This document shows, piece by piece, positions 25,398 through 35,267 of a stretch of 64,000 nt of DNA. Made by a program: the position numbers and the translations under genes. Location: IMG/VR virus record IMGVR_UViG_3300025705_000581. One strand, 5' to 3'. Source of the DNA: a virus. The first letter of the stretch is position 1. Each line of letters begins with the position of its first letter. A model generated the notes under the pieces. That model was not told the DNA's origin. It did not search any database and was given only the letters and a program-made list of their open reading frames with translations.

Positions 25398-26066
25398 ATG
25401 AAAACCAGACTTATTGGATATACTCAACCTGTAGACGGTGAAATCATTGGACTTGATAATGTTCAGGATTTGATTGCATACTGTGCTCGAGTATCAAACC
25501 CGAGTAATCAATTGAACCAAGAAACGGCACCTAAGTTGCTATCCTATCTTGCAAAGCATGCTCATTGGTCACCATTTGAAATGGCAAATGCGACATTGGA
25601 AATTGAAACAACACGGGATATTGCACGTCAGATGTTACGTCACCGTTCGTTTGCCTTTCAAGAATTCAGCCAACGATATGCCGATCCAAGAGATATGGAA
25701 AACACTTTTGTAATGCGTGAAGCACGTCTACAGGATCTCAAAAACCGTCAGAACAGCATTGACTCAGATGATGAACGGTTGCAAATGATGTGGGAATCAA
25801 AACAAGGTGAAGTTATCCGTGCTGCAAAGGATGCATACAATTGGGCCATTGAAAATGGTATTGCAAAAGAACAAGCACGTGCCGTATTGCCTGAAGGTAA
25901 TACAATTTCTCGGCTGTATATGCAAGGTTCTATTCGGTCTTGGATCCATTATATTGAACTTCGTTCAGCTAATGGCACACAAAAAGAACACATGGAAATT
26001 GCTCGTGAAGTTGCCTCCGCTATATCCAAAATATTTCCTGTGATTGATACTTATGTCCAAAAATAA
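25398..26066 (+). CDS. thyX: FAD-dependent thymidylate synthase
   Basis: HWSPFE, LRHRSFAFQEFSQRY, QKEH. Confidence 0.95.
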   Translation: MKTRLIGYTQPVDGEIIGLDNVQDLIAYCARVSNPSNQLNQETAPKLLSYLAKHAHWSPFEMANATLEIETTRDIARQMLRHRSFAFQEFSQRYADPRDMENTFVMREARLQDLKNRQNSIDSDDERLQMMWESKQGEVIRAAKDAYNWAIENGIAKEQARAVLPEGNTISRLYMQGSIRSWIHYIELRSANGTQKEHMEIAREVASAISKIFPVIDTYVQK

Positions 26067-26216
26067 ATATTTTTATATGCCAGAAACGGTTTCTAGAATA
26101 ATAAATATGAGTACCATGGCAATCTATGGTAAGAATAATCCCTATTAGCACAAAATATGCCACATCCTCAAGGTGCGGTTTTTCTGTCCTTAACACATAC
26201 GAAAGAGGTTTACCGA

Positions 26217-27491
26217 ATGTTTGACTCCCCAGCACTACCTATAGATAAAGTAAATTACGTTATTAAACGTGACGGATCAACAAAGAATTTTGATTCAAGT
26301 AAGATTGCATATGCGGTAAATAATGCTATGAAAGCAATTGGTATTCGAGCAAAATCCTTACCTGGTGAGATTGCATTTGAAGTTACAAAAAGTATTAACG
26401 AAGATGCTGAGGATGTTATTGTTGATGTTGATACAGTACACAAAACAGTTGAGAACGTGATGATGGATATGGGATTACACGACTTGGCTCGTGAGTATAT
26501 CCTTTTTCGTTTTAACAACCAACCCGACATTTTCCGTAAACGTACAAACCTTAAACCATATGAGTATCCGCAACTCGTTGAGTATACTGATGCTATTCGA
26601 CATTCATATTGGGTACACACCGAGTTTAATTACTCGTCTGATATCCAGGATATGAAAGTGCGTATGACTGAGTCTGAGGTTGATATTGTTAAAAAAGCAA
26701 TGCTTGCTATTTCACAAATTGAGGTACAGGTAAAAACATTTTGGGCAAAGATTGGTGATAAATTTCCTAAGCCTGAAGTACAAGGTGTTGGTGTAACATT
26801 CGGTGAATCGGAAGTACGCCATGCCGATGCCTATTCTAATCTCATTGAAATTATGGGTCTCAATAATGAGTTTGAAAAGGTTGTAGAAATTCCTGCAATG
26901 AAAAAACGCATTGCCTATCTTGAGCAATCAATTGCAGCACCTGTTGATAATAAGGATTATTTCCACAAGATTATTCTATTTTCAATGTTTGTTGAAAACG
27001 TATCACTGTTTTCACAATTTCTAATTATGATGGCGTTTAATAAACATAAAAATTTACTTAAAGGTATTTCTAATGCTGTTGAGGCAACATCAAAAGAAGA
27101 AGATATCCATGCTCGTTTCGGATTTGAGCTTGTAAACATTATCCGTGAAGAAAATCCTGATTGGTTTGACAAAGATAGTATTGCTGAAGTCAACCGCCTA
27201 TGCCGTGACGCATTTAAAGCAGAGTCTGCAATTGTTGATTGGATCTACGGTGATGCCGATCTCGATTTTCTACCTAAAGCGACTGTCAAAGAATTCCTAA
27301 AGCATCGTTTCAATCAATCATTAAAGGCAATTGATATGAAGCCTTTGTATGATGTTGACGAGGAAGCCGTAAAGAGTACTGATTGGTTTGTTGAAGAAAT
27401 TTTGAGTACAAAGAATATTGACTTCTTTGTTAAACGCTCAACTGCATATTCAAAGAAAACCAAGGCATTCACCGAAGATGATTTATTTTAA
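26217..27491 (+). CDS. nrdB: Ribonucleotide reductase beta subunit (class Id/NrdBi-like) with N-terminal ATP-cone
   Basis: VIKRDG...FDSSKI...VENVMM...AREYILFR ATP-cone; QIEVQVKTFW, ESEVRHADAY, VENVSLF, EEDIH metal ligands. Confidence 0.92.
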   Translation: MFDSPALPIDKVNYVIKRDGSTKNFDSSKIAYAVNNAMKAIGIRAKSLPGEIAFEVTKSINEDAEDVIVDVDTVHKTVENVMMDMGLHDLAREYILFRFNNQPDIFRKRTNLKPYEYPQLVEYTDAIRHSYWVHTEFNYSSDIQDMKVRMTESEVDIVKKAMLAISQIEVQVKTFWAKIGDKFPKPEVQGVGVTFGESEVRHADAYSNLIEIMGLNNEFEKVVEIPAMKKRIAYLEQSIAAPVDNKDYFHKIILFSMFVENVSLFSQFLIMMAFNKHKNLLKGISNAVEATSKEEDIHARFGFELVNIIREENPDWFDKDSIAEVNRLCRDAFKAESAIVDWIYGDADLDFLPKATVKEFLKHRFNQSLKAIDMKPLYDVDEEAVKSTDWFVEEILSTKNIDFFVKRSTAYSKKTKAFTEDDLF

Positions 27492-27503
27492 AAGGAAAAC
27501 ACT

Positions 27504-29159
27504 ATGAGAGATTTTTATTGGCTAAACGAAGACTCAAAGACATTTTTGTCGAGAGGTTATTTGAGTAAAGGTGAAACAGCTAAGCAACGAATTAGAGATA
27601 TTGCTGATAAAGCTGAAGAGTATTTAGATATCAAAGGATTTGGTGACAAGTTTTATGGATATATGAGTAAAGGTTATTATTCATTGGCGTCACCTGTATG
27701 GGCAAACTATGGCAAAGAACGTGGTTTGCCTGTATCTTGTTTTGGATCATATATTGATGATAGTATGCAGTCAATTCTATTTGGGCATGCTGAAAACGGA
27801 ATGCTAATGAAAAACGGTGGTGGCACATCAGGTTACTTTGGTGCTGTCCGTGGACGAGGTGCTGAAATCACAGATCAAGGTGAGTCGTCAGGTTCGGTAC
27901 ATTTTATGCAGATGTATGATACGTTAGCATCAGTTGTATCACAAGGTTCTGTCCGTCGTGGTTTCTTTGCAGCGTATCAAGATATTGAACACCCAGATGC
28001 CGATGAGTTCCTTGACATTGCAACAGAAGGTAATCCTATTCAAGGATTAACAACAGGCATTACTGTTTCCGATAAGTTCATTAAAGAAATGAAAGATGGT
28101 GATCCACAGAAACGTGCATTGTGGGCAAAAGTTTTACAGCGCCGTTCTGAAGTTGGTTTTCCATATATTCTGTATTCTGATAATGTAAACAATGGCCGTC
28201 CTGATGTTTATAAAGATAAGGATATGAGAGTACACGCATCTAATATGTGTGCTGAAATTGCATTGCCGTCAAGCGCCGAAGAAACATTTACTTGTGTTCT
28301 ATCATCACTAAATCTATTGCATTGGGATGAGATTAAAGAAACCGACGCAATTGAAACTTTGGTTATGTTCCTTGATACTGTATGTCAAGAATTCATTAAT
28401 AAGACTGAAGGTCAAATTTATATGAAACGTGCTCGTGACTTCGCTATGAACCATCGGGCATTAGGTGCAGGTGTACTAGGTTGGCATTCCTATTTGCAAT
28501 CAAAGATGATTGGTTTTGAATCAAAAGAAGCAGCACAGCTCAATGTTGAAATTGCTAAAACATTCCATGATAGATCATATGCGGCATCTGCTGAACTTGC
28601 GGATAAACTTGGTGAACCGCCTTTGCTAAAAGGTTATGGCCGTCGCAATACAACAACAATGGCAGTTGCTCCGACTAAATCATCAAGCTTTATTTTAGGT
28701 CAAGTGTCACAATCAATTGAACCTGAGTTCAGTAACTGTTATGTTAAAGACTTGGCAAAAATGAAAGTGACAATCAAGAACCCATATCTCTGGAAACTGT
28801 TAAAGAAAAAAGATCAGGATAAACCAGAGGTTTGGGAATCAATTCGCAATGCTGATGGATCAGTACAACATTTGATCTTTTTGTCTGAGGAAGAAAAAGA
28901 AGTATTCAAAACATTCTCAGAAATCAATCCATACACAATTATTGACCAGGCTGCTATTCGTCAACAGTATATTGACCAATCACAAAGTTTAAACTTGATG
29001 CTTGATCCTGACCTGTCAGTTAAAGAAATCAATGCGTTGTACCTATATGCTCATGAGATGGGTGTTAAAAGTTTGTATTATAGTTATTCTATGTCAGCAG
29101 CACAATCATTAACACGAAAACGAGTTTCATCAATGGAGTGCGCAGCCTGCGAAGCATAA
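27504..29159 (+). CDS. nrdA: Ribonucleotide reductase alpha subunit, no ATP-cone
   Basis: GLPVSCF, SNMCAEI, APTKSSS, DQSQSLN, C-terminal CAAC. Confidence 0.95.
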   Translation: MRDFYWLNEDSKTFLSRGYLSKGETAKQRIRDIADKAEEYLDIKGFGDKFYGYMSKGYYSLASPVWANYGKERGLPVSCFGSYIDDSMQSILFGHAENGMLMKNGGGTSGYFGAVRGRGAEITDQGESSGSVHFMQMYDTLASVVSQGSVRRGFFAAYQDIEHPDADEFLDIATEGNPIQGLTTGITVSDKFIKEMKDGDPQKRALWAKVLQRRSEVGFPYILYSDNVNNGRPDVYKDKDMRVHASNMCAEIALPSSAEETFTCVLSSLNLLHWDEIKETDAIETLVMFLDTVCQEFINKTEGQIYMKRARDFAMNHRALGAGVLGWHSYLQSKMIGFESKEAAQLNVEIAKTFHDRSYAASAELADKLGEPPLLKGYGRRNTTTMAVAPTKSSSFILGQVSQSIEPEFSNCYVKDLAKMKVTIKNPYLWKLLKKKDQDKPEVWESIRNADGSVQHLIFLSEEEKEVFKTFSEINPYTIIDQAAIRQQYIDQSQSLNLMLDPDLSVKEINALYLYAHEMGVKSLYYSYSMSAAQSLTRKRVSSMECAACEA

Positions 29160-29162
29160 ATT

Positions 29163-30368
29163 ATGGAATATATGAAATTTTTTAAAGACACGGTTGCATC
29201 ATTTAGAAGTGACGGGAGATATCGAGTATTTAATGATATTATCCGCGAAAAAGGTCAGTTTCCTAAGGCTATATGGTATGGGAAATATGCACCAAAGAAT
29301 ATTGTTAATTGGTGCTCAAATGATTATTTGGGTATGGGCCAAAACCAATATGTCATAGATGCTATGCACACTGCATTAGATCAAACAGGTTCAGGTTCCG
29401 GCGGTACGAGAAATATCGGCGGAACATCAGTTTTCCATGTAACACTTGAACGTGAAATTGCAACACTACACCAACGTGAAAACGCATTACTGTTTAGTAG
29501 TGCATACGTTGCCAATGAGTGGTCAATTATTGCGCTTGCACGTATCATCCCAAACATTTGTTTTATATCTGATAATAAAAACCACGCATCAATCATTATG
29601 GGAGTGAAGCACAGCCGTGCACCTAAACTGATTTTTCAACATAATGATATGGCAGATCTTGAGAAATGTTTAAAGGCAGCAAAAAAGAATAAACAAATTC
29701 CTTGCGTATTGTTTGAGTCCGTATATTCAATGGACGGTGATGTTGCACCTATTAAAGAAATCGTTGAGTTATCGCATAAATATAACGCAATGACTTATAT
29801 AGATGAAGTCCATGCGGTTGGTTTGTATGGTCCTACAGGTGCAGGTTATTGTGAACATTTAAATTTATATTCCGATGATATTGATATTATCAACGGCACG
29901 TTAGGAAAAGCATATGGGGTTCAAGGCGGTTATATTTCAGGTAAGCAAGAAGTTATTGATGCGATTAGATCAGTCGCCTCAGGATTTATCTTCACCACCT
30001 CTATGTCACCTGTTATATGCGCTGGGGCACTCGCCAGTATAAAATATCTCAAAGACCATTCTATTCTAAGAGATCAACAACAAGAACGAGTAAAAAAACT
30101 CAGACAAATGTTAGAAGAAGCAGGATTGAATATACATCCTAACGCTTGTACTCACATTATCCCAGTAATGATTAATGATGCCTTTAAATGTAAAGAAGCA
30201 TCGGATAGATTACTAAACGAATTCGGTATATATATTCAACCGATTAATTCACCAACAGTAGAGGCAGGTACCGAAAGGTTACGTATTGCTCCTACACCAT
30301 ACCATACCGATTTAATGATGGTGGAATTAGTCGAAGCATTAAAGACGGTGTTAAATGAATCAACTTGA
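29163..30368 (+). CDS. hemA: 5-aminolevulinate synthase (Shemin pathway)
   Basis: [44 protein letters not shown] (PLP Lys). Confidence 0.93.
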   Translation: MEYMKFFKDTVASFRSDGRYRVFNDIIREKGQFPKAIWYGKYAPKNIVNWCSNDYLGMGQNQYVIDAMHTALDQTGSGSGGTRNIGGTSVFHVTLEREIATLHQRENALLFSSAYVANEWSIIALARIIPNICFISDNKNHASIIMGVKHSRAPKLIFQHNDMADLEKCLKAAKKNKQIPCVLFESVYSMDGDVAPIKEIVELSHKYNAMTYIDEVHAVGLYGPTGAGYCEHLNLYSDDIDIINGTLGKAYGVQGGYISGKQEVIDAIRSVASGFIFTTSMSPVICAGALASIKYLKDHSILRDQQQERVKKLRQMLEEAGLNIHPNACTHIIPVMINDAFKCKEASDRLLNEFGIYIQPINSPTVEAGTERLRIAPTPYHTDLMMVELVEALKTVLNEST

Positions 30369-30405
30369 GAACGCATTCTTTAATCGCAAGAAAGAGAGTA
30401 ATAAT

Positions 30406-30825
30406 ATGAGTAAAATTAAAAAGGCCTTTTGGTTTGTATTAGGTATCCTCTTGGTAGGTGTTGCCTATCTTGGTGTACTACTGCCCGGTCTACCTTGGTC
30501 AACACCAATTCTAGGTGCAACATTCTGTTTTGCCAAATCAAGTGACAGACTGCATAATTGGATTATGAATCATCCACGGTTCGGTCCATTTGTTAAAAAC
30601 TGGTCAAGACTAAGAGTATATCCACAGAAAGCAAAATATCTAATGGTTGCAGTTATGTCAACATCATTAGGATTTATGTTCTTTGGAACAGGAAACGTAA
30701 AGGCTACAATTTACATGGCTATCACGTTTGCATTAATTGTTATTTGGGCATGGCGTTATCCAGGTACCAAAGCAGAAGCAGAACGCCGCATTGAAGCAGG
30801 CGAAAAGATTGGGTGGTTAAAATGA
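30406..30825 (+). CDS. YbaN/DUF454-family membrane protein
   Basis: LGVLLPGLPWSTP...FCFAKSSDRLHNWIMNHPRFGP. Confidence 0.85.
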   Translation: MSKIKKAFWFVLGILLVGVAYLGVLLPGLPWSTPILGATFCFAKSSDRLHNWIMNHPRFGPFVKNWSRLRVYPQKAKYLMVAVMSTSLGFMFFGTGNVKATIYMAITFALIVIWAWRYPGTKAEAERRIEAGEKIGWLK

Positions 30826-31766
30826 ACAAAATACTGAGTACGGTTATCGCAACCTTTGTAGCATCAAGTGCTATTGCGGGTGGACACGAACAGGCCGAAG
30901 TAAAAGACGGTCCGTTCCTTAACGGTACATTTGAAATCTATATTGATGATACAAATACAGAAGGTACAGTCGATACAAGATTAGAAGCAATGGGTGGATA
31001 CGAAACAGATCTTGACCATCCTATTGCAAATTGGGCTGGTTTCAGTGCAAGGTTTGATACAAACTATTCTTTGAATAGAGCTCTTGATAATACAATTACT
31101 GAAAAGCAAATGGGTGTTGGTATTGGCAACAATATCAGATTATATTTCGGTGAAACAGATGCACAGCGTTTAGGTTTTGCCAAGACATCAAAAATTGGTG
31201 CACCTGTTATTATTACCAAACCAAGCTCACGTATTGACCATAATGAAAAACTTGTTCTTACATTTGGTGGTTGGGAAAACAATGATGAGTTTGAATTTAA
31301 TACATATCGTTTAAAGCGTGATATGCCATATGGCGGTGTTGTTGGATGGAACCCTGAAGATGACTCATTATATTATGGTGCAACTGCTCGAGTAAGTATT
31401 CTTGATGTTTCATATATGGGTATTCAAAAAGATGATGAAACACAACATGGTGTTTCTGCAGGCACGTCATTCCATCGCATGGGTGTTCCTGTAGGCCTTG
31501 GAATTGAAAGATGGGAAGATGCCGAAAATACTCGTATGGACTACGGTGTGATGTATAATTACAGTAAAGAATTGATGTTTACTGCTCACCATGTTGCTGA
31601 TGATGATTTAGGATTTACTTATAATTATTTAGCAGCCATTCATACAAAAGGTCCCGTTGAATTAGGACTATACCTACATCAAGGAAAAGAACAAGTTAGT
31701 CCTTGGACTGGTGTAAAATCAGAAATTGCTGATAGTGTAAAGGCAACAATTAAATATAAATTCTGA
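30822..31766 (+). CDS. Porin-like outer-membrane protein
   Basis: Signal peptide (IATFVASSAIA), amphipathic beta strands, C-terminal IKYKF. Confidence 0.7.
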   Translation: MNKILSTVIATFVASSAIAGGHEQAEVKDGPFLNGTFEIYIDDTNTEGTVDTRLEAMGGYETDLDHPIANWAGFSARFDTNYSLNRALDNTITEKQMGVGIGNNIRLYFGETDAQRLGFAKTSKIGAPVIITKPSSRIDHNEKLVLTFGGWENNDEFEFNTYRLKRDMPYGGVVGWNPEDDSLYYGATARVSILDVSYMGIQKDDETQHGVSAGTSFHRMGVPVGLGIERWEDAENTRMDYGVMYNYSKELMFTAHHVADDDLGFTYNYLAAIHTKGPVELGLYLHQGKEQVSPWTGVKSEIADSVKATIKYKF

Positions 31767-31767
31767 T

Positions 31768-31775
31768 TATAAATA
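31768..31775 (+). promoter_or_regulatory. T4-type late promoter
   Basis: TATAAATA. Confidence 0.6.
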
Positions 31776-31786
31776 TAATTAATATG

Positions 31787-31816
31787 ACAACCACCTCTGA
31801 TCCACGTGGTTGTTTT
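31787..31816 (+). terminator. Terminator-like hairpin
   Basis: ACAACCAC-N11-GTGGTTGT-TTT. Confidence 0.5.
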
Positions 31817-31843
31817 ACACTATGAATTGATGAAAGGTATATC

Positions 31844-32869
31844 ATGGCAAAACGTATTCTGATTACTGGTGGCGGTGGCTTCATTGCCCACCATTTAATT
31901 AACCAAGTTCTTATCCGTACAGATTGGGAAATTGTAACACTTGATCGTTTAGATTATAGTGGAAATCTCAATCGCTTACACGATTTGCTGCAGGTTCGTA
32001 CTCCTGCTGAACGTAAAAGAGTACGCACAATATTCCATGATTTAAAAGCAGAAATCAATCCAATGCTTGAAGCAGATATTGGTCCTGTTGATATTATCGC
32101 ACATTTGGCAGCAGGCTCACACGTTGACCGTTCAATTGAGCGTCCTATGGAATTTGTAATGGACAATGTTGTCGGTACAGCTAATCTTTTAGATTACGGT
32201 AGACGCCAAGATAACCTTGAAAGGTTCTTATACTTTTCAACTGATGAAGTATTTGGTCCTGCACCTGAAGGTGTTAATTATGATGAATACGACCGCTATA
32301 ATTGTACCAATCCCTACTCAGCATCTAAAGCAGGCGCTGAGGAGTTAGCTGTTGCATATCAAAACACTTATAAAATGCCGATCTATATTACGCATACAAT
32401 GAATGTATTTGGTCAACGGCAACATCCTGAAAAGTTTATTCCTATGACTATTAGGAATGTCCGTGACGGTGGAACTGTTACAATCCATTCTGATTCAACA
32501 AAAACAATACCAGGATCACGCCATTATATCCATGCTGAAGATGTGGCTGATGCAACAATGTTCTTATTGGAACATAACCGCACATTGGATATGACAAACA
32601 ACACAGGAATTAAATGCCCTAAGTTTAATATCTGTGGTGCAACTGAATTGAATAATTTGGAACTTGCACAACTTATTGCTGATGCACAAGGTAAAGAATT
32701 GAAATATGAGTTTATGGATTTTCATAGTTCCCGACCTGGCCATGATCTTCGATATGCACTAAGTGGTAAACGTATGGCAAATATGGGATGGACACCACAA
32801 CCTGTTGAGAAAAGACTTAAAGAAGTAGTAAATTGGACATTAGAAAATAAAAGGTGGCTTGACATATGA
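31844..32869 (+). CDS. rmlB: dTDP-glucose 4,6-dehydratase
   Basis: ITGGGGFIA, HLAAGSHVDRSI, STDEVFG, YSASK, RPGHDLRY. Confidence 0.9.
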   Translation: MAKRILITGGGGFIAHHLINQVLIRTDWEIVTLDRLDYSGNLNRLHDLLQVRTPAERKRVRTIFHDLKAEINPMLEADIGPVDIIAHLAAGSHVDRSIERPMEFVMDNVVGTANLLDYGRRQDNLERFLYFSTDEVFGPAPEGVNYDEYDRYNCTNPYSASKAGAEELAVAYQNTYKMPIYITHTMNVFGQRQHPEKFIPMTIRNVRDGGTVTIHSDSTKTIPGSRHYIHAEDVADATMFLLEHNRTLDMTNNTGIKCPKFNICGATELNNLELAQLIADAQGKELKYEFMDFHSSRPGHDLRYALSGKRMANMGWTPQPVEKRLKEVVNWTLENKRWLDI

Positions 32870-33429
32870 ATTGGGAAACATTTATAGAACAGAACTATGA
32901 GCATGCTTGCAATACAAAAACTGATATTGATGAGCATCTGCCAATCCTAAGAGCATTAGGTGAACAATGCGACCATATTACAGAAATGGGTGTTAGGTTT
33001 GGTGCAAGTTCAAAAGCATTCTTATGCTGTGACGTGACACTTATTTCATATGATATTGAATATAACGAACAAGTAAATAGGTTATTTGAAATTGCAAAAG
33101 ATGCTGGTAAATCGGTTGAGTATATTATTCAAGATGTTCTCAAAACAGAAATTGTACCAACTGACTTGTTGTTTATTGATACATGGCACTCAAACGAGCA
33201 ATTGAGACAAGAACTTGCATTGCACGGAAATCAAGCACAACAATTTCTAGTGTTCCATGATACACAAACTTATGGTCTTCAAGATGAAAGTTGGAATAAG
33301 ATTAAACCGAGTGAACCAGGATGTGGTTTGTTACCTGCCATTATTGATTTTATAATTGAAAATCCACATTGGCAATTCCATACCCACCGAACAAATTGTA
33401 ATGGACTGACTGTATTAGAGAGAAGATAA
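32866..33429 (+). CDS. Class I SAM-dependent methyltransferase-like protein
   Basis: EMGVRFGASS, LFIDTWH, VFHDT. Confidence 0.7.
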   Translation: MNWETFIEQNYEHACNTKTDIDEHLPILRALGEQCDHITEMGVRFGASSKAFLCCDVTLISYDIEYNEQVNRLFEIAKDAGKSVEYIIQDVLKTEIVPTDLLFIDTWHSNEQLRQELALHGNQAQQFLVFHDTQTYGLQDESWNKIKPSEPGCGLLPAIIDFIIENPHWQFHTHRTNCNGLTVLERR

Positions 33430-34976
33430 TGATTGTAGATTGCTTTCCGTTTTTTGCACCGACAAATGAAGAAATACTATATTTAAGAGTTAACCTGCTC
33501 AAAGATGTTGTTGATAAATTTATTATTGTTGAAAGTAATAAAACTCATAGTGGTGAACCTGTCGAGCGTCGGTTCCTTGAGATTGCTCGTAATCAAGGTT
33601 TGCCGATGGAAAAGATCATTTATATTGAGCATGATATTCCTGAAACTGAAGATCTAAAAACATTAGCAATTGATAGAGTAAACGCAGGTACTAATAAAAA
33701 TAATATTGATTCATTATATGCAAGAGTACGTGAGCGTTTACAAAAAGATGCTTGTATTAATGCTTTTAATCAATTTAATGACGATGACGTTTTTATCTAT
33801 GGTGATGCCGATGAGATTATCAATCCTGAGCATGTGGAATGGTTAGCAAACCTGTGCCGTGCCAATACATCCGTGATTTTAAAAATACCTCTTGTTTATT
33901 TACAAGGTCGTGCAGATCTGCGTGTCCATCACCGTAATGGTCAACCGCTCATTTGGATGCGTGCTATGTTCTTTGCAACAAAAGGACAGATATGGAAAAA
34001 TGGTGGTTTTAATAATATTCGTTGTGGTAATATGCAGGATGATGTTAGATTTCCTATTCAAGATGGTAAAGTCATACAGGATCTTGGGTGGCATTTGGCA
34101 TGGATGGGAACAAATGACCAACGTAATAAAAAGGCACGTTCATTTGCTCATGCCTTTGATAAATTCCAATGGATGAAGAAACAAGATGATTTTGTGAACG
34201 GCGGATACGAAAAACATTTCAATAGCAATGATCCAGTTGAAGGTGGTATTGCACCTGATGGAAATCCTGGGCATATATTGAAAAGATATCCTCTCGATAA
34301 ATTGCCAAAAATGCTACTTGATACTCCACACCTTAGTAAATTCTTTTTACCTGAAGTTGATATAATGAAAGAGTTTACGTTTAATCACTGTGTTTGTTAT
34401 TGGTGCCAAAAATTGGATTGGCCTTTGATGTATGATCTTGACGGTGATGGTAAAAAGACATGGTTTGAAATACCGCGGAGTTGTTCTGTCACAGTAAAAG
34501 AAAGTCATCCTAGCCGCAAGCAAGTTAGCCGTGATGATCCTGAGTACAAAAATGCAAAAAAACCACTCATTATATTTACAGAACCTGTTGAAAGGTTTTT
34601 GTCTTGTATGAATGTATATCTTGTACCAGGTCAACGGTATTACGATTATGGTAAAGATATTTTTAAATCATTTGATGTTAATCTTGAAGATTGTACCAAA
34701 CAGGAAAAGATTGATTATTTCTTTACACATTTAAATAAGGTGTGTTCTTATCATCAAGTACACCATTTCCATCCGCAAGTTAGATTTATTGATTTTGAAA
34801 CATTTGATGAGTTTACGGTTATCAACAAACACGAAACAAGTAATTATCTTGGAACTGACCGTGTAATGAATAAAACAACAAAAGAAATAAATGAAAGCGA
34901 TTTAACCAAAGATCAACTTGACTTCATACGTTGGGTTTATCGAGAAGATTACGAGTTCTTTAAAAATTATGGCTAA
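33429..34976 (+). CDS. GT17-like glycosyltransferase fused to a sulfotransferase-like domain
   Basis: DCFPFF...IVESNKTHSG...GDADEI...GWHLAW; C-terminal WFEIPRSCS...EPVERFLS. Confidence 0.75.
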   Translation: MIVDCFPFFAPTNEEILYLRVNLLKDVVDKFIIVESNKTHSGEPVERRFLEIARNQGLPMEKIIYIEHDIPETEDLKTLAIDRVNAGTNKNNIDSLYARVRERLQKDACINAFNQFNDDDVFIYGDADEIINPEHVEWLANLCRANTSVILKIPLVYLQGRADLRVHHRNGQPLIWMRAMFFATKGQIWKNGGFNNIRCGNMQDDVRFPIQDGKVIQDLGWHLAWMGTNDQRNKKARSFAHAFDKFQWMKKQDDFVNGGYEKHFNSNDPVEGGIAPDGNPGHILKRYPLDKLPKMLLDTPHLSKFFLPEVDIMKEFTFNHCVCYWCQKLDWPLMYDLDGDGKKTWFEIPRSCSVTVKESHPSRKQVSRDDPEYKNAKKPLIIFTEPVERFLSCMNVYLVPGQRYYDYGKDIFKSFDVNLEDCTKQEKIDYFFTHLNKVCSYHQVHHFHPQVRFIDFETFDEFTVINKHETSNYLGTDRVMNKTTKEINESDLTKDQLDFIRWVYREDYEFFKNYG

Positions 34977-35202
34977 AAGAGATAACAGCGCAAAAGTAAT
35001 TCAAAAATTACAATATGATATTGACCAGGAAAAAAAGCAAAAGGCAATATATCGTAAAGAGATTGATGAGCTTCGGCAACAAAAGATGATGTTATCGGAA
35101 ACAATGGTTGCACTTGTGGATGATGATACATATTGGTCAGATGATGCTAAACAGTCTGGTATTATAAACCGTCTGAAAAAAGTGCTACAACAAACCAAAT
35201 AA
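34969..35202 (+). CDS. Hypothetical coiled-coil protein
   Basis: Start set at MAKRD. Confidence 0.65.
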   Translation: MAKRDNSAKVIQKLQYDIDQEKKQKAIYRKEIDELRQQKMMLSETMVALVDDDTYWSDDAKQSGIINRLKKVLQQTK

Positions 35203-35205
35203 CTA

Positions 35206-35241
35206 TTGACATTACTAATAGAATCAGTTTATATTAGAATC
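35206..35241 (+). promoter_or_regulatory. Early promoter, repeated GAATC-type family
   Basis: TTGACA-N18-TATATT with GAATC in the spacer and just after the -10. Confidence 0.8.
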
Positions 35242-35267
35242 ATAACAAATATAAACTTGAGGTAGTA

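Noticed and set aside
26145-26165. Possible NrdR box upstream of nrdB (GCACAAAATATGCC)
   Set aside because: Only a partial match, and no clear tandem second box.
5136-29159. Introns or inteins in uvsX, gp41, gp61, thyX, nrdB or nrdA
   Set aside because: The ORFs are continuous with normal lengths and have no intein termini or embedded homing endonuclease.
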